Shown: positions 1 through 9,368, numbered from the stretch's first letter. The stretch is DNA of 64,000 nt from a virus (IMGVR_UViG_3300037312_000757); one strand, 5' to 3'. The notes: generated by a model from the sequence alone, not told the origin. Translations and numbers: made by a program.

Positions 1-45
1 AATGAAATATCGTTCGAGAATGAAATCAATAACGACTAATGCCAT

Positions 46-396
46 TTATAGCCACCGCAGCTTAAACATCACTGCCAGTTTAGCATCTAAAATATGAAGG
101 TAATACCGAGATTCTGATATCGTTTTTGAGTATGGCAAAGCTGCCCAAGGTTGACCAGGCTTGCCACCCCATTCATGCTCAGGTATCGGGTTTTGCATAT
201 AGACGGTTTCGTATGTAATCGCCCAGTGTTCGCCACGATTTCTGATTTGTTGAGCATGCCCAGTCTCGATCAACTCAAAACTAGGAAGTCCAAGAATTTC
301 TGGTCCTATGTTTTCGTGCAACCAAGCGAATACTTCGTTATCTGAGTCCTTGACTAGCAGATATTTCCACATCAAGTCCGTGATGTTTATAACCAT
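46..396 (-). CDS. small 'FKLxW' C-terminal motif family protein
   Basis: 116-aa ORF; 'WLHENIG' core and terminal AVMFKLRWL shared with neighbours. Confidence 0.8.
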   Translation of the reverse strand: MVINITDLMWKYLLVKDSDNEVFAWLHENIGPEILGLPSFELIETGHAQQIRNRGEHWAITYETVYMQNPIPEHEWGGKPGQPWAALPYSKTISESRYYLHILDAKLAVMFKLRWL

Positions 397-623
397 ATAA
401 GCGAAAATCTCCGTTCGCTTTGTTCTTCAACGCATTCAAGGAAGAATCGTTCTTCACGTTCGTGAATGACCCACCCACGACCACACCAACGACCTTCGAC
501 TGGTGCTTCAGGTTTGCGTTTTCCACCGATTTGTTCGTAAAGCCAATTCACGCACATTGGAATTGACTGTGAGTTGCGACCATTAAGGTGCTTGGTGATA
601 ATTCTTGTAATTTCTATAGCCAT
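387..623 (-). CDS. small 'FKLxW' family protein
   Basis: WLYEQIG...GRGW...RFSLIWL; 10-bp overlap with next gene. Confidence 0.75.
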   Translation of the reverse strand: MAIEITRIITKHLNGRNSQSIPMCVNWLYEQIGGKRKPEAPVEGRWCGRGWVIHEREERFFLECVEEQSERRFSLIWL

Positions 624-853
624 TTCAATTTGAATGCCACTGCTAGTGTGTCATCATCAATATTTACATACCATGTATGACCACCTTGGGTGAATTCAAC
701 CTCGATAGTCCAACCCACACCAGAGTACGAAAACAGCATCTGGCCTGAGTCGTGTTGAGGACCAATATCCATCTTCAATGCAGTCAACAAAGCTTGCAGA
801 TCGCCTGCTGGATTTTCTGGTCCGATGTGAGACGTTACGTCAATCAGGGCCAT
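614..853 (-). CDS. small 'FKLxW' family protein
   Basis: GVGW...IDDDTLAVAFKLKWL. Confidence 0.8.
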   Translation of the reverse strand: MALIDVTSHIGPENPAGDLQALLTALKMDIGPQHDSGQMLFSYSGVGWTIEVEFTQGGHTWYVNIDDDTLAVAFKLKWL

Positions 854-1158
854 GTCAGCTTAAACATCACGGCCAATTCAGGGTCATCAATAGTGACGCA
901 CCACTGATAACTCGTTTCCATAGGCTTGTCTGACTCATTTGAGATCGCCATTTTGTTCAATGACCATCCTTCACCACAACGACCAATACCAACACCGTCA
1001 TAAATTGGATCGTAACCCTGCATCGCTCTGCTAACATTCGTTTCCAACCACTCAACCATCTCGTAATAGTTGTCGAACAGAATGTCGCTGAATGCAGGGT
1101 ATAAGTCAGGAGTATTTTTCTTGCTCAGATATTTCTGAACATTAATATAGTTCTTCAT
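844..1158 (-). CDS. small 'FKLxW' family protein
   Basis: EWLETNV...GEGW...IDDPELAVMFKLTWP. Confidence 0.8.
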   Translation of the reverse strand: MKNYINVQKYLSKKNTPDLYPAFSDILFDNYYEMVEWLETNVSRAMQGYDPIYDGVGIGRCGEGWSLNKMAISNESDKPMETSYQWCVTIDDPELAVMFKLTWP

Positions 1159-1439
1159 CCGCAGTGATCGCCATACTTGAGTTTATACATAACAGCATGG
1201 CTATCGTCATCGATCGTCAATGCGATACCGCTTCGATTTTCATCGTTAGACCGATTGATGTCAATACGCCAGCCATAACCATAATATGGCAAATAGCGGT
1301 TATTGTCAGATATTGTCCAACCAACATTATCGTCGAGCCAATCAATTACTTCGACGTAGATTGATGGCTGCGGAGCTTTGTTTATGATTGAGACGCTGTG
1401 GTAGTGCTCATACCACATTCTGGTGATGTTGAAGTCCAC
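1155..1439 (-). CDS. small 'FKLxW' family protein
   Basis: DWLDDNVG...GYGW...IDDDSHAVMYKLKY. Confidence 0.8.
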   Translation of the reverse strand: MDFNITRMWYEHYHSVSIINKAPQPSIYVEVIDWLDDNVGWTISDNNRYLPYYGYGWRIDINRSNDENRSGIALTIDDDSHAVMYKLKYGDHCG

Positions 1440-1440
1440 G

Positions 1441-1728
1441 TCATTGTTCTTTTATTGGGACGTCCGGCACAATCATTCTAAAGTGAACGGCATCTGCATC
1501 ATTCTCTAGATGCAAATAGCGTTTCATTGTTACATATCCATGTGAATCGGGTGGTGACATCACCCATTCAATCTCCCATCCATCCCCTTTTGCTGGAGAT
1601 GCCGGCCGTCCGCTTGGCAAGCGGCGTGTTGCTTGCGCTCCGGTTGTCGGATATGCTGGGCTTATGTGTGCTTGACACCATTCGCTGACAACTCTTGCGC
1701 TGATATTTGAGACGTCGAAAGTGACCAT
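1441..1728 (-). CDS. small 'FKLxW' family protein (divergent)
   Basis: EWCQAHI...GDGW...ENDADAVHFRM. Confidence 0.75.
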   Translation of the reverse strand: MVTFDVSNISARVVSEWCQAHISPAYPTTGAQATRRLPSGRPASPAKGDGWEIEWVMSPPDSHGYVTMKRYLHLENDADAVHFRMIVPDVPIKEQ

Positions 1729-1961
1729 ACTATTTTGAATTGTAGTTCGTCAAGTTCATTTTCGAACTCGAAGCAGAAGCGCAGACCACCACGGCCACGA
1801 ACGCGCTTCAGGCTGGCTAGCCAACCGTCACCGATATGAATTCCTCCGGCCATTTGCTTGATTGCGCCGATGTTCGACGCACACCAGTCAATCATCTGGT
1901 CGAAACGCAGCGGATCGGTCCCGTTTGCGTTGTCCATCACAAAGTCAGTCACATCGATCAT
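1662..1961 (-). CDS. small 'FKLxW' family protein
   Basis: Start at ATG 1961 after GGAGGT; DWCASNIG...GDGW...ELQFKIVW. Confidence 0.75.
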   Translation of the reverse strand: MIDVTDFVMDNANGTDPLRFDQMIDWCASNIGAIKQMAGGIHIGDGWLASLKRVRGRGGLRFCFEFENELDELQFKIVWSLSTSQISAQELSANGVKHT

Positions 1962-1980
1962 AATACCTCCGAAGATCATT

Positions 1981-2010
1981 CATTATAGCACAAATGAAGG
2001 ATCATTTGTA
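1981..2010 (-). promoter_or_regulatory. sigma70-like extended -10 promoter with upstream inverted repeat
   Basis: Minus strand TGCTATAAT preceded by ACAAATGA-n4-TCATTTGT. Confidence 0.5.
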
Positions 2011-2016
2011 GGAGAA

Positions 2017-2421
2017 TTACAGCCAGCGCAGCTTGAACATTGCGATGCCTTCCTTGTCGCGGAACTTGAGTGTCAAGGTATCGCGCATCAACGAATTATT
2101 GTTGAAATACGTGAGGTCGAGCCACTTTGCATGCCAGCGATATTTACCCGATGCGCCGCCTTCACCAAGTGTCTCACGGCACCATTCGACCTTCTCTGCA
2201 AAGTTTTCGACAATCACGTGCCATTCATTTCCAACTTGCCTGATTTTCATCAGTTGTTCTTCCCGAGCTTGTAGATCCAATTGGTGACGATATTGCTGAA
2301 GCCACGCCGAGGTCATCAAAGTAGACTTACCAGTATTTCTCGCTCCCCAAATGACAGCCTGTCCAGCAGGAATACCATTTTGCCAATTTGGTGGAATCCA
2401 TGCACCTGGGTTGTGACTCAT
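2017..2421 (-). CDS. small 'FKLxW' family protein
   Basis: EWCRETLG...IAMFKLRWL. Confidence 0.75.
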   Translation of the reverse strand: MSHNPGAWIPPNWQNGIPAGQAVIWGARNTGKSTLMTSAWLQQYRHQLDLQAREEQLMKIRQVGNEWHVIVENFAEKVEWCRETLGEGGASGKYRWHAKWLDLTYFNNNSLMRDTLTLKFRDKEGIAMFKLRWL

Positions 2422-2672
2422 AAAATGCTCATCTTGAATTGTACGGCTTCGTTGTCATCTGGTACCGACACGAAAAGTTGATACGTTCTGGATGATGACT
2501 TCACCACATGCAATACTCGGGCGGAGCTAATCGTTTGGAGGAATTCATCAAATTCTTCACGCTCACTGCTATCAACTTCTAGCAGAAAGTTGTAGCCGAT
2601 CCTGAAACCATGCCGCATCCAGAATTCACCCTGGTCGACATGTTTACTCCATTGTAATTTAATACCTTTCAT
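2418..2672 (-). CDS. small 'FKLxW'-like family protein
   Basis: DDNEAVQFKMSIL; ATGA overlap. Confidence 0.65.
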   Translation of the reverse strand: MKGIKLQWSKHVDQGEFWMRHGFRIGYNFLLEVDSSEREEFDEFLQTISSARVLHVVKSSSRTYQLFVSVPDDNEAVQFKMSIL

Positions 2673-2742
2673 GATTCTTATGGTGAAATGGCAAGGGGTT
2701 TACCTTGCCATTTTACTACGACTATGATCTCACACAACGATA

Positions 2743-2934
2743 TTATGGCTTTTTCTTGCCATACATGTTGTTCATCAAACGCTTCGCCCAGGCTTCTGGG
2801 TCTTCATCCGTGCTCTTCTCGCGCGCTTCCAGTGCTTCCTTAGCAAGACGTCGCGTTTCCTCGCTCATCGGTACAGGTTTCCCTGACCTGAAACGCTCTA
2901 ATGCTTCGCCAAACTTCAACTTCGTTGGTTTCAT
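2743..2934 (-). CDS. hypothetical protein
   Basis: 63-aa ORF, ATGA overlap with upstream gene. Confidence 0.6.
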   Translation of the reverse strand: MKPTKLKFGEALERFRSGKPVPMSEETRRLAKEALEAREKSTDEDPEAWAKRLMNNMYGKKKP

Positions 2935-3224
2935 TTGGCCAAAGCTTCGGATGCGATCTCGACAATTTCATCGGCATCACCCAGGGCAGTCTTTTCTGTT
3001 GATGCGGATGAGATGCGCAGGATGTCAACCAGTGCCTTCTTGAGGCCTGGTACTTGACGCTCGAGGAACTCTTTGCCAGCTGCACCTTCGATCGCATGAG
3101 CGATCAGTTCGACGAAATCATTGTACTTGATGTAGTCGCCGTTCTCATCCATGTACAGGCCCTTGTTGCCATCATCGTCGACCTGACCGAGGGTGTATCG
3201 TTGCGGAGTAATCATGTAAGCCAT
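2931..3224 (-). CDS. hypothetical protein
   Basis: 97-aa ORF in tightly packed operon. Confidence 0.65.
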   Translation of the reverse strand: MAYMITPQRYTLGQVDDDGNKGLYMDENGDYIKYNDFVELIAHAIEGAAGKEFLERQVPGLKKALVDILRISSASTEKTALGDADEIVEIASEALAK

Positions 3225-3802
3225 CCTGGTTTTCTAAATTCAGTGGGTTCTGCCTGGGTTTCATCGCGCTCCTCTAGAGTCCACGAGCTATCAGAAAGCG
3301 TCTCAACCTCATTGAATTCTTCGTGAGGAATTGGCTCTATGACTGGAGTCGAGTTGATGCCAATTGTAGCATCGTCTTTATGATTGGCGTTCATATTAGT
3401 AACCATATCTTTCAATACTTGGTTTTCTTCTCTGATAAGGGAGATTTCGTATTGTAGTTTGGCTACTTGTTCTTCGAGGGGATCGATTTCCTCTTCGATG
3501 TTCATCATGAAGCCGTGTTCGAGCAGGAGGATGTTGGCGAATACGTACAGTCTTGTGGTGAAGAGTTCTTTGGTGACGTTATTGTGATCGATGTGTTGTC
3601 CATCGTGTGTGGTGCCACCGAATACTTTGGCAGCTAGATCCAGGACATTGTCTTTTGCGATGGGTGGGAGGACTAGGCCGCTTTTCTTTACTTGGTTTTC
3701 GAGCATATTGATGAGGAACTTGGTGATCTTCTCCTCATAATTTTCATCGCTCGCGTCGCGGTTACCAAGCACCCGCATTAGGGTGTTGATTATTGATTTC
3801 AT
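3212..3802 (-). CDS. hypothetical coiled-coil protein
   Basis: 196-aa ORF, GGAG SD, heptad segment LEEQVAKLQYEISLIREEN. Confidence 0.65.
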   Translation of the reverse strand: MKSIINTLMRVLGNRDASDENYEEKITKFLINMLENQVKKSGLVLPPIAKDNVLDLAAKVFGGTTHDGQHIDHNNVTKELFTTRLYVFANILLLEHGFMMNIEEEIDPLEEQVAKLQYEISLIREENQVLKDMVTNMNANHKDDATIGINSTPVIEPIPHEEFNEVETLSDSSWTLEERDETQAEPTEFRKPGWLT

Positions 3803-3985
3803 TGATCTTTCTCCGGGATGGATTTCTTTTTGATGCCGCGGATACTTGATCTGTAATCATGTGATAGCAGCGATCACATGAATTTATCATCAAAGTGGTG
3901 AATGATACCTTGCTTTGCTGAGGAAGCGACGTTTGTCACAGAAGCTTGGTGTGCCTGTGTCTGCCATCAAGATCACAATCGAGGC

Positions 3986-4171
3986 TCAAAGCAGCCCGAA
4001 TCCGTGAGTAGCTAGTATGCAGAAAATCAGGATCAAGAGGCCGATGTTGAAGGGGACGGCTGGTACATATCGTGTCGTGTAATAGATTAGCGCCGAACAC
4101 GTGATAATGCCAGCCGCAAAGCATGCAAGGCCGAAGAGAAGAGTTGTTTGCAGATATGGGGAGACGAACAT
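3986..4171 (-). CDS. small membrane protein
   Basis: Two hydrophobic segments. Confidence 0.55.
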   Translation of the reverse strand: MFVSPYLQTTLLFGLACFAAGIITCSALIYYTTRYVPAVPFNIGLLILIFCILATHGFGLL

Positions 4172-4172
4172 C

Positions 4173-4406
4173 TTACATCACCGTATGTGTACGTGCTCGC
4201 CAGCAATCACCATTATCTGGATTCATGAGTGCGTTGAAGTAGCAGTCTGGATCGTAGTACCACAATTCGTCCCAATAAAGTCTTGACACTTCTGGTATAA
4301 ACGGTTCACCGTCTTCCGTGAACCGTTTCACATCGTACCAACCTGGTATTGCGGGATCGTAAGTGCAGGCAAACCACTCGGTCAAGCTTTCACCCAACCC
4401 TAGCAT
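4173..4406 (-). CDS. hypothetical protein
   Basis: AAGGAG SD; Trp-rich 77 aa. Confidence 0.65.
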   Translation of the reverse strand: MLGLGESLTEWFACTYDPAIPGWYDVKRFTEDGEPFIPEVSRLYWDELWYYDPDCYFNALMNPDNGDCWRARTHTVM

Positions 4407-4467
4407 TCGGGGCTCCTTACTATCTAACGAGCCTACCTATTATAGCGGAACGCTAAGGTGAATGCGG

Positions 4468-4788
4468 TTAGGGTCGATTTAGATAAGTCACGATCGCCAC
4501 AAGAACGTCTTCAGCTTTCGGATCTTTGAGTGTGCTGAGTATGCGACAGGAAGCTGTTAAAAGAGCCTTGGCGCTGTTTACGTGCTCTTTTAGATGCGGG
4601 TAGTCAGTTGCCCCTGCCAGGTGCAGGAAGGCGCTCTGATCAAGTTTGGCAGGCATTCCTCGAAGTAGGTTAGCATGCAAGTTAGTTGGATCTTCGAGTT
4701 TACGCCATTCATATAGCTCTTTGTCTCTTGCTACGAGAAGCATGCACAGTTCTTCTTTTGACAACTCGGGGTAATCAATATCAGACAT
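4468..4788 (-). CDS. hypothetical protein
   Basis: 106-aa ORF coupled to upstream gene. Confidence 0.65.
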   Translation of the reverse strand: MSDIDYPELSKEELCMLLVARDKELYEWRKLEDPTNLHANLLRGMPAKLDQSAFLHLAGATDYPHLKEHVNSAKALLTASCRILSTLKDPKAEDVLVAIVTYLNRP

Positions 4789-5269
4789 GAACGGCCTCTA
4801 CGATAGGAGTCACTTCTGTATTCGTTACGTTGATTGTACACGTAAACGTCTCTGCGAGCTCATCTTCTTCAATAGGCAACCATGGTCTGCGATGACACAG
4901 CGTGAGTGTACTGGTGCCCGGTTGACCGGCCCAGAAACGCCACAGAACATGACCTCCGCCACCGACAAGCAATTCGCCCTTGTCAGTGTGCGTCCTGATT
5001 GGAGTGTGTTCGGGATCTTTCATCTGCATCAGAATTGATGCATTGTTTTCAGCTAGTTCCCACAAAAAGCCCGTGCTAGGGTTGTCTGGGAGAGTGAGAA
5101 GAATACCGGAGTCGACCGGTACGGTGATCGTCATGTTGTTCTGCTCTGCACCCAGCATGAAGTGCGTGCAGTCTTTGTGCAAACAGCGTCTTACTTTCTT
5201 CTTCTTCATACAGCCTAGAAAGTAACAAAGAATGGTAAATGCAATCACATAAAGTGGTAGGAATGACAT
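4781..5269 (-). CDS. chagasin/ICP (inhibitor I42) family cysteine-protease inhibitor with N-terminal TM anchor
   Basis: Three I42 loops in order: NPSTGFLW, VGGGG, RRPW; N-terminal hydrophobic helix followed by KKKKVRR. Confidence 0.75.
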   Translation of the reverse strand: MSFLPLYVIAFTILCYFLGCMKKKKVRRCLHKDCTHFMLGAEQNNMTITVPVDSGILLTLPDNPSTGFLWELAENNASILMQMKDPEHTPIRTHTDKGELLVGGGGHVLWRFWAGQPGTSTLTLCHRRPWLPIEEDELAETFTCTINVTNTEVTPIVEAVHV

Positions 5270-5312
5270 TTTAGTCTCATGAATGATAGCCGCATAAAGC
5301 AGCTATCATTAT

Positions 5313-5573
5313 TTACGACTTGACGATCTGCTCAATTGGCTTCCGCCAGATTAGCACCATGGCGGTAGCGAACCAAATAAACATAATCGCAGCAACTACC
5401 ATCTTGTGATCGACAATGAATTCTGCTACCGGAGATCCATACTGCAGACGTACATGAACGGCTAGACTCAGCAGAACCGTCATGCAACCGACACCTGCAA
5501 TTGCCAGTAAAGTTGCTGCCACACAACGAACTTCCTTGCAAGCAGCCAGTAATGTTGTTTTGAACTTGGCCAT
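5313..5573 (-). CDS. membrane protein (2 TM)
   Basis: Start MAKFK at 5573 after AGGAGG; two hydrophobic helices. Confidence 0.6.
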   Translation of the reverse strand: MAKFKTTLLAACKEVRCVAATLLAIAGVGCMTVLLSLAVHVRLQYGSPVAEFIVDHKMVVAAIMFIWFATAMVLIWRKPIEQIVKS

Positions 5574-5631
5574 CCACGCCTCCTGTGTTAGGTGTGCAAT
5601 TATAGCAAGAAGGATGGCAAAAAAGTAAGAG

Positions 5632-5907
5632 TTACGCGAACGTAAGGTGGAACTCGATGGCGGCTGCGTGGGACTTGAAGCAGAATTCGACGATCGCATC
5701 AAAACTTGGATCATCAAAACAGGTCAAGCGAACAAAAGCTTCGTTTTTCCCCATGAAAATGATGCCTCGCTGGTGATATACGTCGTTGTCATATCGTTCT
5801 TCTAGCCAGCGGATCTCATCGTCAAACATCATGAAGGAATTGAACGGTGAAGTCGTTTGGACCACGTACCATTCACCGTCCCGATCGAAGTGAAAAGCGT
5901 TACTCAT
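5632..5907 (-). CDS. small 'FKLxW'-like family protein
   Basis: RWLEE...FCFKSHAAAIEFHLTF. Confidence 0.65.
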   Translation of the reverse strand: MSNAFHFDRDGEWYVVQTTSPFNSFMMFDDEIRWLEERYDNDVYHQRGIIFMGKNEAFVRLTCFDDPSFDAIVEFCFKSHAAAIEFHLTFA

Positions 5908-6188
5908 GCAGTCTGCTGGTTATACCATTCAATGAACTTCGCAGCATGCCCGCCCATTGTCCGCGCGTTTCCGCTGACGACGCGCCACCGACCAGTTGAA
6001 GGGAAGAAGTCGACCTTTGGCTTGCCCTTCTCACGGAAGAGAATGCTTTCGCCGTTATTCGTGAACGTGTGCGGGATGCCTGATGCCTTGATCACGTTCA
6101 CGTTGTCGTTCCACCATTCCTGGTGTCGTTCCTTCTTGAGTTCCTTCATGAATCCCAAGTTGGTGGAATCATCGTCAGGGTAGCTCAC
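5904..6188 (-). CDS. hypothetical phage protein
   Basis: 94 aa; VDFFPSTGRW. Confidence 0.7.
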   Translation of the reverse strand: MSYPDDDSTNLGFMKELKKERHQEWWNDNVNVIKASGIPHTFTNNGESILFREKGKPKVDFFPSTGRWRVVSGNARTMGGHAAKFIEWYNQQTA

Positions 6189-6649
6189 GGTTTGTTATCC
6201 CTCACTCGAACGCGATAGTAACCACTTGGCAACTCTCGCCGATTAATCAAATCATGTATCAACGCGCACACATCTTCAATGAAACACGCTGCTTCTTTCT
6301 TACAGTCGATTTCAACTATGGTCTGCTCGCCTGGATCCAAAGGTCCAGGCCCCAATGAACCTATTTCGTGAATGCTGTCTTGCTTACCACCGTACACGTC
6401 AAACGATTTATACGTGCCATAGACCTTCTGCGCTAACTCCTCCAGATGATCCGTGTACACAAGATGCGTATCGGCGATACCTCTCGTCTTAGACTTGGTA
6501 GTCGAAACGAAAATACGATATTCCCTCGTATCATTCAGCATTGCACGCTCCATGAACTGCGTTGCGGAACGCCTTATTTTACGCTCGTATGGTGAAAAGC
6601 GCAAGCCGTATTCACTTGCGCTTTCTTTTACTCTTTGTATCTGACCCAA
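6185..6649 (-). CDS. hypothetical protein
   Basis: 154-aa ORF in packed operon. Confidence 0.55.
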   Translation of the reverse strand: MGQIQRVKESASEYGLRFSPYERKIRRSATQFMERAMLNDTREYRIFVSTTKSKTRGIADTHLVYTDHLEELAQKVYGTYKSFDVYGGKQDSIHEIGSLGPGPLDPGEQTIVEIDCKKEAACFIEDVCALIHDLINRRELPSGYYRVRVRDNKP

Positions 6650-7170
6650 CCAGGTTCACGGAGTGCTATATCAGGACTAATGGTCTGAACCCGTCGTCCG
6701 TCTTTGACGTACATAGCACCAGGCGCTCCTGTAATTTCACACGTTCGTGCTGACATGCTTGCTGCCATGTTAATAGCACCTATGCAAAATTCATCTACAG
6801 AAAATGTTGGATAGACTGTCAATGTGCCGAACTTTTCTTTGATAGTACCGAACTCAGGATACCTTGGCTCAGTCCTCATTTCCTTGAAATTCTTGAAATC
6901 ATTAAATTCAAGGACACGACGTTCAAGCACATTTGACACATTTGAAAAATCAAGTGTCACACAAGCATTGCGACCAGCTAACCAATACTCGTAACTGCTT
7001 TGCACGTAATCAGCATGGCGTTGGATGGCTTCACACATTGAATCAATGATGTTATACCATCCGTCACCGCATGCGATACCCGAATAGAACAAACTAGAAT
7101 TCCGATTGTCCTTCTGCACGAACAGCTTTGGATATCGTGCGTACAGCTGATTCTCCAGATATTCTTTCAT
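6628..7170 (-). CDS. conserved phage hypothetical protein
   Basis: CGDGW...IKEKFGTL...TCEITG motifs typical of a widespread phage family. Confidence 0.75.
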   Translation of the reverse strand: MKEYLENQLYARYPKLFVQKDNRNSSLFYSGIACGDGWYNIIDSMCEAIQRHADYVQSSYEYWLAGRNACVTLDFSNVSNVLERRVLEFNDFKNFKEMRTEPRYPEFGTIKEKFGTLTVYPTFSVDEFCIGAINMAASMSARTCEITGAPGAMYVKDGRRVQTISPDIALREPGWVRYKE

Positions 7171-8063
7171 CGGTACTTCGTCACGAGTCGTTCCAGTTCA
7201 GCAACCAACTTGTCAGCCTTATTGGGCTCAGCTACTGCATTACTGAGGTTGCCGTAATGCTCTTCCAAGCAATTGACAAGCAAGTTCTTCAATGCGTCTT
7301 CGTCTGGGGTGTGGCGCAAAGTGCTTGACACATACAGTCCTTCAAGCTGTCGATGCTTGTCTTCAGCCCACTGATCTAGCTGCGCAAGTGTCCACTCACC
7401 ACGACGAATAGCCTTCAGCTGTTCGCGATTCTGTTCGATGTTGAGGTCACCAGTCATCAAGATCTGTTCGCACTCATCAAGCAGACGCACAACGTGGTAA
7501 GCAAATTTCACGTCAAAGCCGTATGCTTCAATAGAAGCGGCCCGCTTCTCATTCTGAGCATTGGTCTTGTTCTTGATCTTGCTCATCTGAGCATATGCGT
7601 AACCCTTAAACTTGTGCCAGCAACCTTTGTGCAAGAATTCCTTACGTGCATCACGCACCATTTCGCCGATCTTGGTCGAATGCACAACGCAACGACGTGG
7701 TGTGAAGATGCTGTCGATCATGTTCGGGTTGTTTTCCATCAGCAACTGGAAATACTTCACAATGTTGTAGATCGTGATGTCGTATTCTCGACTTGTTTCC
7801 TTGTCGATGATGTGGTGATGCTGATATTGTTCGAATCCTGGTGGCAAATTCTTACCGAAGCCTGGCACATAACCAGCCAAATGCGGGAAGATCATTGTCT
7901 TCGGTGGGATGCAGAAGCCATAAACGTCACGATCGCTGTCGTCATTGCTAACACCATACGATTCCGATCCCATGATCGTTTCATACATGGTGTTGCTGAC
8001 TACAAATTGCGGGGCGTCGCTCAGAAGGTCTTTCTTGCGGAGGGTTTGTACGATGCTTGACAT
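7167..8063 (-). CDS. RlaP/YcgL-like Pol-beta nucleotidyltransferase
   Basis: GSESYG-x5-SDRD motif, NPNMID, KFAYHVVRLL, LKAIRRG. Confidence 0.85.
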   Translation of the reverse strand: MSSIVQTLRKKDLLSDAPQFVVSNTMYETIMGSESYGVSNDDSDRDVYGFCIPPKTMIFPHLAGYVPGFGKNLPPGFEQYQHHHIIDKETSREYDITIYNIVKYFQLLMENNPNMIDSIFTPRRCVVHSTKIGEMVRDARKEFLHKGCWHKFKGYAYAQMSKIKNKTNAQNEKRAASIEAYGFDVKFAYHVVRLLDECEQILMTGDLNIEQNREQLKAIRRGEWTLAQLDQWAEDKHRQLEGLYVSSTLRHTPDEDALKNLLVNCLEEHYGNLSNAVAEPNKADKLVAELERLVTKYR

Positions 8064-8104
8064 GATGCCTTTCTTATTCTAATTATGTGGCAATTGTATT
8101 ACGA

Positions 8105-8443
8105 TTATCGCTGCGGCACAAGCACCAAATTCAAGCCTTCAACCAGATGCTCGAAGAACTCGTCGTTGATAAGTTTGGTGGTGGCAAACTTGTGCATTTC
8201 GACAATAACTTCTGTGTATTTGTCGATCACTTGGTCCATGAATGCTCGGTCTGCATAGATGTCATCGTGAACAACTATCTGTGCTTTTGTCACAATGTGT
8301 TCAGCCATCTTTGCGTCAAGCCCTTTCGCAATGAGCTTGTCGCGCACCATCAGCATCACAGTGTAATTGGTGCTGTGCATGATGCCGCTCTGCAGCATGT
8401 CATCAAGTTGGTCTAGAATTGCTTTCTTGTAATCGTCGTGCAT
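8105..8443 (-). CDS. hypothetical protein
   Basis: Probable start MHDDY at 8443. Confidence 0.6.
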   Translation of the reverse strand: MHDDYKKAILDQLDDMLQSGIMHSTNYTVMLMVRDKLIAKGLDAKMAEHIVTKAQIVVHDDIYADRAFMDQVIDKYTEVIVEMHKFATTKLINDEFFEHLVEGLNLVLVPQR

Positions 8444-8505
8444 GTTTTTTTCCAATGAAAAGAGCTGCCGCCATTTTACAGCGACAGCCCGCACGACGCG
8501 AAATG

Positions 8506-8628
8506 TTAGTGGAAGATCAACCAGATCACCAACAGCACGATGATCAATGCTCCCGCCATTTCACTTGGTGTCATGAGCGGAGGAGTGCCTTTGTCAACAC
8601 CATATTCGTCTTTGTTGTCCCAGCTCAT
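8506..8628 (-). CDS. small membrane peptide (40 aa, not in ORF track)
   Basis: MSWDNKDEYG...ALIIVLLVIWLIFH; ATGA overlap with 8625..9281. Confidence 0.5.
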   Translation of the reverse strand: MSWDNKDEYGVDKGTPPLMTPSEMAGALIIVLLVIWLIFH

Positions 8629-9281
8629 TCTGCTGCCTCGTAAGGATAATTTTCACAAACGCACGTCATCACTTCTTTGGCCGTATCGAACGGGCCTTGG
8701 TCCCAGGTCGTGGCAAATTCTTCGGGCTGCTTGTAGCGATTGTAGCTGCGCCACCTACCACAATACCACTTCTTAGTTCCCGGGTTGTACGCGAACTTGT
8801 ACGAACCCCATTCACTCAGAGTCGATTCGAAGATGCTGAAGATCAACCAACCGTGATAGTCAGGCAGCGGTTTATATAGCGGAACAAGCGTTTCCAGTAC
8901 CTTTGCCGCTTCTTCCACTTGCTGTTCGTTACCACGCGTGAACTTCACACGAAGAGCGTGCTGCTGCGTCTCCGGGAAATATCCCGAGAATTCAATTCCA
9001 TTGCTCGGCGCAACCTGACGCATCGCCAGTATGACTTCTCGATAATGACGATCACCACTTGGACCGGCATCTAGAAGCAATGCCCAGTCAACTTGATCTG
9101 ACGCTTGCATTGCTTCGTACTGCATTTTCCCTTTGCGCTCTTCGACCTTCTTCTGGGTTTCACGGAGAGCGATAATTTGCTTGTTGATCGTTGCCTGCTG
9201 CTCGAATAGCGGCCCCAGCTTTGCCTCGATACTATCGTACTCCGCTTGCAACTGCTCAACCGTCATATCTTCGATCTTCAT
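8625..9281 (-). CDS. hypothetical protein, N-terminal coiled coil
   Basis: 218 aa; AGGAGAG SD. Confidence 0.7.
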   Translation of the reverse strand: MKIEDMTVEQLQAEYDSIEAKLGPLFEQQATINKQIIALRETQKKVEERKGKMQYEAMQASDQVDWALLLDAGPSGDRHYREVILAMRQVAPSNGIEFSGYFPETQQHALRVKFTRGNEQQVEEAAKVLETLVPLYKPLPDYHGWLIFSIFESTLSEWGSYKFAYNPGTKKWYCGRWRSYNRYKQPEEFATTWDQGPFDTAKEVMTCVCENYPYEAAE

Positions 9282-9342
9282 CAGTCTCTCCTGTTCAATA
9301 TGTAGCCATTATTGGCTCATTTGAACGAATAATCAAGCGAAG

Positions 9343-9368
9343 AAAAAGCCCCTCGTTGAAGGGGCTTG
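9343..9368 (-). terminator. intrinsic terminator after tRNA-Nudix unit
   Basis: AAGCCCCT/AGGGGCTT hairpin followed by T-run on minus strand. Confidence 0.65.

Noticed and set aside
2300-2350. P-loop GARNTGKS in ORF 2017..2421
   Set aside because: No Walker B or NTPase-length domain; at most a remnant
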